DNA of 64,000 bases from Takakia lepidozioides. Taxonomy: Eukaryota > Plantae > Bryophyta. Location: positions 75,640,001 to 75,704,000 of the forward strand of contig CM060733.1 of the NCBI GenBank assembly GCA_030704615.1. The letters run 5' to 3'. Position numbers and translations under genes: made by a program. Shown here piece after piece: positions 47,761 through 58,639 of the stretch (its first letter is position 1; each line of letters opens with the position of its first letter). The notes under the pieces were generated by a model. It saw only the letters and a program-made list of their open reading frames with translations. It made no database searches and had not been told where the DNA came from.

Positions 47761-48769
47761 TAATTGGGAGTTTATGTCGCGCGTGTGGGACAGGGCGCGC
47801 ACGCCCGCACGGACGCGGGGTCGCCCTCCCCCGCCCCGCCCACCCCCACCTGCCAGCCGCGCAGCGCGGTCGGCAGCCCCGCAGCCCGCCCGCGGCTTTG
47901 CCCACATGCCGCCCAGCCCGCCCCCAGACTGCGGCCCCCGCCCGTCCGCCCTCGCCATCGGGTCCCCACTGGGTCTGCCCAAAATCGGTCTGCCCGCTGC
48001 TGGGTCTGCCGCCAAGCAGCCCGATCCGGCAAACCCAAACGCACCCCAAATGATGTGGCGCCCATCTCACCGTGATGTTGCGCCCGGATTTAGGGCATGG
48101 CAGCTGCCGCCAATCGTGGGCGAAGACTGTTTCATCGATCTTTTCCTCCCTCTGGTCTGTTCCTGCCAATGCGCTTCCCTCCTGCCAAGAACGTGCATGC
48201 TGTCGTCCTTCGTTTCCACTTTTTCGGGTCGTATTGCAGGTGCTTTCGAGTGCGCGAAGGGGTACTGCAGTGTATATGGCAGCGGCCGTCGATGCCCAAC
48301 CAGAAAGCTTTCTTATACGTCCACTGCGACAAAGTCAAACACCAAAGGATGGGCCATATTCCTGCAAAGACCTTTACTGGAAGAACGAGAGTCGCTCTGG
48401 ATACAGGGGCTCTCAAGTGCGGGTCCGCACGGCCTGTATTCCCTGGCAGAGAGTGCCTGACTTTGTACTTGGAGAGGAGAGTAGAGACGGGTGTTCCACC
48501 CAAATTTACATAAATGTGCATGTTAACGCAAAGCCCGGACCGCAAAGAGCTCCAAGAGCTAACACATATCTAACCTCTGTCATGTCTGCACCATATTCCC
48601 GCAGAGTGCAGCTATGGCGTGAGCCTAGCCGCGTGAGCCCAGGAGCTTGGCTCACGCTTTGCCCTCTAAGCGTGAGCCCAGGGGTTTAGTGGAGGAAGAA
48701 GCAGGCCCCATACCCGAGTCCTCTGTTTAGAGAGGGTCCTATTGTCGTGGAAGCAGTTATAGCACTTGA

Positions 48770-50140
48770 AAAAAGAGGTATAGAAAGAATGGAATGGTCA
48801 TTGTGAAACTTACTGAGGTTTTCTTATTGAAGAAGAGGTGAAAAAAAAAAGGCTGGGTGAGTCATCATGAATCTTATTTAGGGATTCTTGCATGAACAAG
48901 AGGCAAGAAAGTTTGGATGCTCATTGTCAAGCTATCTGACGTTTCCAGTATTTCATCCATGGTGGATGGATGATGGATGGATGAAATATTGAAGGAGAGG
49001 CTAAAAATAATGAGGATGGGCAAGAACATGCCCCAAAATATGACCCCTCATTGTGAAACAGGCAATGGTTTTTGTTAATGTAGATGAGGTGAAAATTAAA
49101 TAGATGGTCATCTTCAAGCTTATTTAGGCTTTGTTTGTGAAGAAGATGTGTAACAAAATGAGTAGTTTATTGTGGAACTTGTTCAAGTTTGTGTTATTGA
49201 AGATGAGGTGAAAAAAAAACACATGGTCATTGTGATTGCTTATTTAGGGTGTCTTTGTGAAGAAGAGGTAAAAAAAAACATCGAGCTATCCTTGTGAAAC
49301 TTGTTTAGGATTCTGTTATTGAAGAAGAGGTGAAAAAAAAATCAGATGGTCATCATGAATGCTTATATAGGGTTTGTTTGTGAAGAAGAGGTGAAAAAAA
49401 AAGTTAAGCTCTATCATTGTCAAACTTGTTCAGGTTTTTGTTATTGAAGAAGAGGTGAACAAAGAAATCAGATGGTCATTATGAATGTTTATTTAGGGTT
49501 TGTTTGTGAAGAAGAGGTGAAAAAATTGAGCTCTCATTCTCAAACTAGGTTTCTGTTATTGAAGAAGAGGTGAAAAAAATATTAGATGGTCATCATGAAT
49601 GCTTATTTAGGGTTTGTTTGTGAAGAAGAGGTGAAAAAATTGAGCTCTCATTCTCAAACTTGTTAAGGTTTCTGTTATTGAAGAAGAGGTGAAAAAAAAT
49701 ATTAGATGGTCATCATGAATGCTTATTTAGGGTTTGTTTGTGAAGAAGAGGTGAAAAAATTGAGCTCTCATTCTCAAACTTGTTAAGGTTTCTGTTATTG
49801 AAGAAGAGGTGAAAAAAATATTAGATGGTCATCATGAATGCTTATTTAGGGTTTGTTTGTGAAGAAGAGGTGAAAAAAAAAGTTGAGCTCTATCATTGTC
49901 AAACTTCTTCAGGTTCGGTTATTGAAGAAGAGATGGAAAAAAACCAGATGGTCATCATGAATGCTTATTTAGGGAATAAATTAGGGATTGTTTGTGAAGA
50001 AGAGGTGAAAAAAAAACTTGAGCTCTACCATTGTCAAACTTCTTCAGGTTTCTGTTATTGAAGAAGAGGTGAAGAAAAACCAGATGGTCATCATGAATGC
50101 TTATTTAGGGTTTGTTTGTGAAGAAGATGTGAAAAAACCA
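48770..50140. repeat. Satellite-like tandem array, about 11 units of 120-125 bp, each made of two subunits of about 61 bp
   Basis: Recurring GAAGAAGAGGTGAAAAAAA, GATGGTCATCATGAATGCTTATTTAGGGTTTGTTTGT and GAGCTCT.ATT.TCAAACT. Units become more degenerate toward the left. Confidence 0.9.
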
Positions 50141-50700
50141 ATGTCTCGCTGCAAAAGTGTCCGTACCTCACCAGGACCTAGTGTCGTCTGCTGAATGATT
50201 TGGTCTCTTTTGGGATCACAATACATCCTGCGCAAAAAGATGTAGTAAAGATGATTGCAGGGAACCCATTTCCCTCTCTTTCCTAGAGCTTCCTCATGCA
50301 TGCACACGAAGTCGGGACAGGTACACCCCGGAAAATTTCCCACCGTCACCTGATAGGCCCTGTCGTGCAAAACAGACCCAAATGTGACCAAAGTATGAAC
50401 CCGTCCATACCCAGGTGAAGGTACTTCCATAGTTCCTGTTACCCAAGCCTGAAGTAGTCTGGCCGATTCCACCTTCGCATCGTGATCAGACCCCGAAGCC
50501 ACCCAATGCACTGTTTTGCCATTCCTTCTCATGGGGTGCGAAGTATCGTCTGGAGGAGGCACCATAGCAGCAAGGCCACCAAGAGTCGACGCCATAGATC
50601 GGTGTAGATGAAAGCCGGCGTCCTCCAACTTGCCAATCTCCAGTTCGTCAATGATCATCCTGAAATCATGATAATGAAAAAATTGAGTGTGTTGACGCAC
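50101..50700 (-). mobile_element. SWIM zinc-finger ORF, probably derived from a Mutator-like element
   Basis: YQVTVGNFPGCTCPDF...WVPCNHLYYIF fits the SWIM pattern CxC(x)nCxH. It is intronless and lies in a TE-rich setting. Confidence 0.65.
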
Positions 50701-50887
50701 TCAGTTCTCGGGGGGGGGCCCAAAACCCGCCGGGTACCCGGGGTGAAAATCCGGACCCGCACCTGTCGTCGATGATCATCCTGAAATCATGATCATGAAG
50801 AAATTGAGTGCGTTGACGCACTCAATTTTCCCGGGGGTGGGGGGAGGAGAGGGAACCAAAAATAAATAAATAAATAAAAATAAAAAT

Positions 50888-52604
50888 GGTTATCATACAA
50901 TCTGTCACGATGAGATGTCGCCGGGAGCTGGCAAGCTACTTGAAAGCTTGGGGGATGCGGGCTGTCAGCAGGGATAGGAACAATTATCCAGAGTATACCG
51001 GATTCCTGGAAAATCATCTTGGGTCAAGGCAGTGAAATTTTTGGGGTGAACCACTGGATCATGACAACCAACCATCATTTCTCCATCTTGTTCATTGCTG
51101 AAACAAACTCCCATTCAGTCTTGGGATATGGTTTCACTGTTGAACCTATCAATGGTTTCCTCTCTCTCTTCTCCAACCAGATGCTAGCTGTGGATAGAAC
51201 GGATGCATTACCAGCTAGAATTTGCCACTGGTCTGCCCCCTCCAAGAACTTCAATCCTCCTGCTCCAGGGCAACAACCCCTTCTCCCTTGGCTAATTGCC
51301 AATGTCTTTGCCTGGATTGGTGGGGGGCCTATCCAAGATCTTCAATTAGACCCAGCTGAATGGAAATGGAAAATGGGAGTAACTCAGTCTCAATTTTTCA
51401 CTTATTCTGCTAAAAAGCATACAGAGCCCTAAACAAGGATTCTTCAATGGCTACAAAATGGGACGGCAAATGGGGCCATGAGAGCTTTCAAGAGGAAAAA
51501 TGGGAGCTTATCTGGTCCCTAATATGGAAAAAGAATAAGCCAGCTAAAAGTAGTGCCTTCCTTTGACAGATTGCAAATAGGGTACTTAAGGTTGGGCAGT
51601 ACCTCAATTTCCAGGAGGTTCTTCTCTGCAAATGCTGCAATGTTGGTTTGCTAGAAACCTTGGAACACTGCCTTCTGTATTGCCAGGCTCCAGCTCTAAT
51701 ATGGCCCTTTATAAAAAGCTTGTATGCAGTATGGAACACCTTTCCAGTCAGCAATGTCGCCATTATTTTAAACTATGATTCTAACTCTAAATCCCTGGCC
51801 TCAAAGTGTTCGGTCTTTGAGGCCCTCATGACAGCCACTCTATGGCATCTGTGGTGGTCAAGATGCAGCTGGTCGCTGGAAGGCTCAAACACTACTACTA
51901 CTATTGTTCTCACTAGGATCTTCTTTGACCTCACCATCGCAGCTAAGCTTGCTTGGAAAATGGTAAATGCAGGAACCGCCAGAGCCCCTGAACATCATCT
52001 CGGTCTCCTCGATCGCTTCAGATCAACCTGGGCAGAGGGGGGCTCATTTGCAGATGCTCTGGGGCTGACTCCTGCGAGTGGGCGAAGCAGATCCCTGTTC
52101 AATGGCAGCACTAGCAGACCCTCCTCTTCCACTTCCCCAGAATTTGATAAGACGGACATCAATTGGAAACACGTTAAGACCTCCACGAAGACTAGGCTAT
52201 CTTACCTCAGATAGACTCGTCTCTTCACCTCCTTCTATCCTCTGTTTCCAAGCGTTGGTCTCTTGATCTAGTATGATTATGTCGGAGATGTTTAAGTCTC
52301 CTGGCTCTTAGTCTACTGCCATTTAATGGCTTGGTCTTGTTTATCTTAAACCTTGAATTAATTCCTGGTTGGATTCTTTCTTTAAGGAAATCGTTCCTGC
52401 AATTTTTAGGATTAGTCCTATAGCTTAGCTCTGCTAATCGTTATTGTTCACCGGAATATCCATCACGGTCCGCCGTGTGTGTAGGCCTTATGGTGGCCTT
52501 AGGCCAGCTGGGGTTTTAATTTTTTTTTCCCCATAATAATTCAAATAAAACAAAATCCAGGGCTCTGCCCATGTTCTCTCAAAAAATAAATAAATAAATA
52601 AATA
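50888..52604 (+). mobile_element. 5'-truncated L1-type LINE (zf-RVT region) flanked by (TAAA)n
   Basis: WELIWSLIWKKNKPAKSSAFL*QIANRVL..CKCCNVGLLETLEHCLLYC...LWHLWWSRC. A-rich tail at 52581-52604 and a similar tract at 50858-50887. Confidence 0.75.
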
Positions 52605-53877
52605 ATTAGCATCGCATTTCAATAGCATTAGAATTGTATTTTGTGTCAACTGCAACTAATTTGTTTTTGTTGCATGAAATTGTTACGATTCTTTTTTCTT
52701 TTAAGGTTCTCTTTCCTCAATGCAAAACCCACCGCTGCTTAGGTTTATGCCCATATCACCAAGTATTTCTCAATGCGAAACTTGCCGCCGCCGGTTTAGG
52801 GTTTCTGGCTACACTACTTAAGGTTTCGCCTCACTCGATTGGTGCAGATGTGCCGTATAAATGCATCAATCTTCTATATCATGCTCCGTTTTATTCCATT
52901 GTGAAAACATATAACTCCTATGACCAAGGTTAAAAAATCATAAAACTCCCATGACCGTGGATTGTGCTCACGCGATACCGACCCCCCCTCCATTGTTAGC
53001 CATCTCCACATCTGCGTCCGTATAGAGTACTATGCTCTATGACGCTATCTCCATTACAAAAGAGAGAGCACTCTTGCGAAAGACACTAGTTTTATCTTGG
53101 GAAAGAAGAGGGAGGGGATGAAAGAGGAGAGATCCTTAAGATGAAAGGTGCCTAAACATGAGAAATCATGGATGACATGTGCATAATGTATATAAATTCT
53201 TCTTGAAAGTGCCTAAAGAGACTATTCCAGATTTAATAATTATTTAAAAAAATCATTAGGCACCCAAGTGCCTAATCTGCCCTTCCACTATGGTAGTCAT
53301 CACACTCATTTACATTGATTTTGAATGAATGTGCAGGGTATAGTGTTTACTTGGGGGATGTTTGTGCTAATTTTTAATTTTGATCCTGATAAATATAACA
53401 GCTACATGGGGATTAGTTGAGGATTGGCATGAAATTTGGAGCTTTCTTAAAGACATGCTAAGGAATTGTGGGATTTAAAAAATTATGCAAAATGCTTGCG
53501 CTTTCTCCAGAGATTTTTCAGGATTGAGGCATTGTGTTATTGGTTTGTGTACATGTAATTTGTGTGTTCATACAGCACAGTGCCTTTGAAATTCCTGTGC
53601 TCTGCAGGCGATCCGAGTCTAGGCAGAAAAACAAGCTCTCATATTCCGTGAAATCCTAGGTAGGCCTCATGCTAACTACTTTGAGAATCCTCATCCATGA
53701 CGATGTACCGTGATATTCTCCGAGGGAAATAGCATATCGCTGAATTCAAGAATCTTCATGTAAAAAAAGAGTAATAGCCCTGGATGAAGTCTTGCGTAGC
53801 TTGAATGACAAATGAGCCATGCAGCTGCAGGGTTTTACTGATTGAAGCAAGAAACTCACAACAAAGGAAGAATTGTT

Positions 53878-56800
53878 TCACCAGTAATCCCTACAAGAAC
53901 AAACCCCATCATCAAAGTGGTGAAAGCGGTTGGCATCTCGCACAACAATTGGTCGCCCAACGATCTTTGAAATGAACTTGGTGGCCGTGTGGCAATCACC
54001 ACACACCCGAAGGTTCTTGATGACACGAAAAGGTGTCCCTGGGGCCGTGCTGATCAGCCCAAAAGCAATAGCCAACTTCTCACTGTGGTGGCAAAGAGAA
54101 AATTCCTTTTGCTCCTCCTCCACATCATGCAATACAAAGCGTGTGTCAGGCACGTACCCTGCCTCCTTCATCTGCCCAGACAATCTTCGAAGCTCCGCAT
54201 GGATTTCCTCAATCTGTGGATGCAATTTGTCATCTACAAGGAAGGTGTGGACCCTGTTGCCAACCTCAATGCAGGAACGACCAGGCTGCTTTCTGACACC
54301 TCTGACTTCCATCATTTTTCTCACCTTTGCAGTATCCTCCCACCTGCCAGCTGCAGCATAGATATTTGATAGCAAAACATAAGTTGTAGCATCCTGTTGA
54401 TCCCATTTCAGAATAAATTTTGCAGCACGTTCTGCCACCTCCACATTGCCATGAATACTGCAGGCACCAAGCAAGGCCTTCCACACCAAAGTATCCCCTT
54501 GGACTGGCATTTTGTTAATGAAGTCCTCAGCCTCATCCAATTGCCCCGCGCGGCCAAGAAGGTCCACCAAGCAGCCAATGTGCTCCACTGTAGGAGTGAG
54601 GCCATGATCTCCAACAAGGGAATCAAAGTAGTATCTTCCTTCATCCACTAGGCCCCCATGGCTACATGCTTGGAGAACACATATAAAGGTGATACTGTTC
54701 GGCTTCAATCCTTCCTTTTGCATTCCTTCAAATAGTCGCACAGCCTCCCTACGACAACCATGCTGGGCATATCCTGCGATCATTGTGTTCCACGACACCA
54801 CATTTTGTTCCATCATATTGTCAAACACTCCCTTTGCATCCTTGAGGCTCCCACATTTGGCATACATATCCATGAGGGTAGTGCTCAGAATGACATCTGG
54901 TACAACTCCAGCTTTCATCATGTCAGCATGGACATCTCTGCCCTTCTCGAGGGCTGCCAGGCTCGCACAAGCGTTGCAAACGCATACAAATGTGACCTTA
55001 TCTGGCTTCACCCCTTCCAGTATCATTTGCTCATAGGTCTCCAAAGCCTCCATACCTAACCCATGGTGGGCATATCCAGCAATCATTGCACTCCATGACA
55101 CCACATTTCGTTCAGCCATACCGTCAAACACTCCCCTTGCATCTGTGAGGCTCCCACATTTGGCATACATGTCCACAAGGGTGGTGCTCAGAATCATATT
55201 TGGTACAATGCCGGCATTTGTGATGTCAGCATGCACCTCTCTGCCCTTCTCCAGGGCTGCCAGGCTCGCACACGCATTGCAAACACAAGCAAATGTGACC
55301 TGGTCTGGCTTCACCCGTTCCTGCATCATTTGCTCATAAGTCTCCAAAGCCTCCATCCCATACCCATGATGGGCATATCCTGCGATCATCGCACTCCATG
55401 ACACCACATTTCGTGCTGCCATAGTGTCAAACACTCCCTTTGCATCCTTGATGTTCCCGCATTTGACATACATGTCCACGAGGGTGGTATTCAGAATCCT
55501 ATTTGGCACTATTCCCGCTTTCAGGATGTCAGCATGGACCTCCTTCCCCTTCTCCACAGCTGCCAAGCTTGCACATGCATTGCAAATGCAAGTGAACGTG
55601 ACCTGGTCTGGCTTCACCCCATCCCGCATCATTTGCTCATAGGTCTCCAAAGCCTCCATTCCGCATCCATGCTGGGAATATCCTGTGATCATTGCATTCC
55701 ATGACACTACACTTCGTTCAGCCATATTGTCAAACAATCCCTTTGCATCGTTGAGGCTCCCGCATTTGGCATACATGTCAATGAGGGTATTGTTCAGAAT
55801 GACATCTGGTAAAACTCCCGCTTTCATAATGTCAGCATGGACCTCTCTGCCCTTCTCGAGGGCTGTCAGGCTTGCACATGCACTGCAAACAGAAACGAAT
55901 GTGACCTGGTCTGGCATCACCACATCCTGCATCATTTGCTCATAGGTCTCCAAAGCCTCCACGCCGCATCCATTCTGGGCATATCCTGAGATCATCACAT
56001 TCCATGACACCACATTTCGTTCAGCCATATTCCTAAACACTCCCTTTGCATCCTTGATGCTCCTGCATTTGGCATACATGTCCACAAGGGTATTGTTCAG
56101 AATAATACTTGGTACAATTCCAGATCTCACGATGTCAACATGGACCTCTCTGCCCTTTTCCAGGGCTGCCAGGCTAGCACACGCATTGCAAATGCAAACA
56201 AACGTGACCTGGTTGGGCTTCACCCCTTCCCACATCATTTGCTCATAGGTCTTCAAGGCATTCTTACCATACCCATGCTTGGTGAAGCCTGCCATCATTA
56301 TATTCCATGTGATCAACCCTCGTTCAGGCATTTTGTCAAACACTCGGTGTGCATCCACGATGCTCCCATATTTGACATACATGTTGACAAGGGTGTTGTG
56401 TAGAAACACATTTGGCTTGAATCCACTTCGGATAATGAGGGCATGTACCTGTTTTCCCACCGCCAGGCCTTTCATCTCGATGCACTTATGCAGGAGACAG
56501 ACGTAAGTATCTGAATCTGCTGAAATGCCTCCATTCAAAACTTGCAGAGCCTCTTTCAGTTGTCCTGCCTCACACAGTGTTCTCACATGCCTAGAAGCGC
56601 CAAAAGAGATCGTTTGGAGTTCCTCTCTTGGTCCTGTTTTGGAAATGGTGGTCATGGTGATGGTGCCTGATTTTCTCAACTGTTCTACCGCTGCTGCTTC
56701 CAGTTGATCATCTACCCATGCAGGTTTCTTGCAGATACCAATCCACAGTGCCTCATAAGTGCTCTTGTGCTTGAAATTTGGCCCTCTTGGATAGATCTGG

Positions 56801-58609
56801 ACCCACACTCCAGCCCTGCCTCCTTCAGCCATCCCTGCCTCGGCAACAGTGATCATACATGGAGCTGACAGTGACACCCTAAAATTATTCTAGCAAACAA
56901 CCAAACCCTACATACCACATTACTTCCTATGCTGCATTGTTAACAAGACTTCAAAAATATCGACAGAGGGAGGATGACTATGTGCAAGAAAGCTTTTCAA
57001 TGCATCTCGTTGTCTGCTTCTTCTTTCCATAGCATAACAGGTATTCACCTTTCGGCTTCGATTGTCCCAGAATCGAGTGGGGTTTGAAAAATAATCCGTC
57101 CAAAACTTCTCCTCATCTCTGTTTTTGGTTTCTGGACACTTGCCTGGTACCCAATTGGAGTAACAAGTGAAATACAGTCTGAACCACCATAGATCGATCC
57201 GACATGCTGAGTAACAAAATTCGACATGAGAAAAGAGGGATGAATTAGACAAGTGAACAATCCTAAATGTGTGGAAGAAAGAGGTGCCCTCACTACATTG
57301 TCCTGATCTTGTGTCATGAAAGCAGCGACACTCCAAAGAAACACCAGGAAAAAACCTTGGGCAATGTATTTTCATAGCCTGCTTGGAGAGAACAACATGC
57401 GATACTAGCAGGAGCACAGCCACTTTTGTAGAGCAGACAAAGTTCTTCACATCATACATGAAGAAAGCCACACCTTGCCATCGCAGCTTCCCACCATTGT
57501 GCGGGATCTTTATCGAACTCATGCCAGCCGTGTTCCATGCTCCACAGTTGACCTTCGTCCCCGAAACTCCGACAGCATCAAACACAATGAGGAACATACA
57601 TTCATATCCAAACTCACAGATGATAAACAAGCTTGCACATGACAAGGCTGCCCCTCGAATCAGGGTCACTGCGAGTCATACTCACTTTTATCTTCAAGTT
57701 TTGAAGGAGCACCACCATCCACAGTGAAATCAGAATCCCACTCTGACACCTTTCCACCATCACTAGACTGGTCTAGACCTTGTGCCATGGTAACTCGCTT
57801 ATCGTTCTCCCAAGGAGGATTGAACCAACCCCCAATCCACCGGACCTCTTGTGTGCACTGCCTCTGTCTGTAGAGTGGAGATTTTGGATTGGTCTGTGAA
57901 AAACACCAGGGGCCAGCCAAGCACTAACTGTTTTAACCAAGCACAACCATTAACGCTCCCAAATACATTGCAGGCTCCAGGGAAAAGACCTTTCCGCATC
58001 CCGCTTTAATGCCCTTCTTAGGAAGAACAACCTACAATACTGACAGCCCCAGCAGTTTCAGCAGAATAAACCGAGAATTTTGTCTTCACTCAACAATTAG
58101 GGCAGAATCCAGTCCACAAAATATTATCATCAGTCAGACTCCCTCAGACTCCTTCAAATCATACATGAAGAAAGCTCACCTTGTCAACGTTGTAGTCCCA
58201 CCCTTGTGGAGCATCTTTAAAGAACGCCTGCCAGCGCTGCTCCGTGCTCCAGCGTTGACCTACGCGCCGGGATGAACCAATTATAGCACCATCCTGTCTG
58301 CTTTCTTGCATCTTCGCCCAGATTAGATTGGTTTGTGCTGGATAGCTCATAGGACAATTCCAAGCCTAGACCCTACGGTGCATCGAACGACCCAAGAAGC
58401 GAAACCGCAGATTGTTTCGTGTTATTACCCAACTGCATTGGCATCCCTGACGATTTGAAAGGCGCCATAGCCACCACTTGCAAGGGACTGCATCCTTGGC
58501 GCAATGCCAAGGGGGGTGGCGCTTGCAACTCCACAGCCCGGCCCCTTAATCTGCTCCAGGCTTTAAGGCCTCTCGAACCATCGAAGTAAGAACACAAAGC
58601 CTTGGGCAT
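53878..58609 (-). CDS. PLS-class E/DYW PPR RNA-editing-type cytidine deaminase with N-terminal OSB-type PDF motifs, about 1190 aa
   Basis: Main exon 56796-53878 encodes about 21 PPR motifs (6 PLS triplets plus P2L2S2), E1, E2, the PG box (QPGRSCIEV), HSEKLA, CGDCH and terminal DYW. Upstream exons 57143-57049, 57893-57686 and 58297-58180 are in phase; the first exon 58609-58377 is tentative. The PPR-DYW call is near certain; the 5' exon model is less so. Confidence 0.88.
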
Positions 58610-58639
58610 GGAGTAACATCGAACTATCAGTTCATCAAT

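Noticed and set aside
47680-48689. Overlapping Pro/Gly/Arg-rich ORFs in all frames
   Set aside because: Extreme GC content suppresses stop codons, and there is no recognisable domain.
48770-50140. CRISPR-like periodic repeats
   Set aside because: The intervening sequences are themselves repeated rather than unique spacers, the context is eukaryotic, and there are no cas genes.
53878-54290. U-to-C ('KP'/GRP-type) editing DYW domain, suggested by the internal GRP tripeptide
   Set aside because: The domain has a PG box, HSEKLA and a terminal DYW, so it is the canonical C-to-U type; the GRP here is not C-terminal.
53930-56707. Series of similar plus-strand ORFs
   Set aside because: They are antisense shadows of the 303-bp PPR triplets.
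56797-56877. GTG start of the 999-aa ORF
   Set aside because: These 27 codons precede a CAG acceptor that is conserved in the paralog and fall in the middle of the PDF motif; they are best read as intron.
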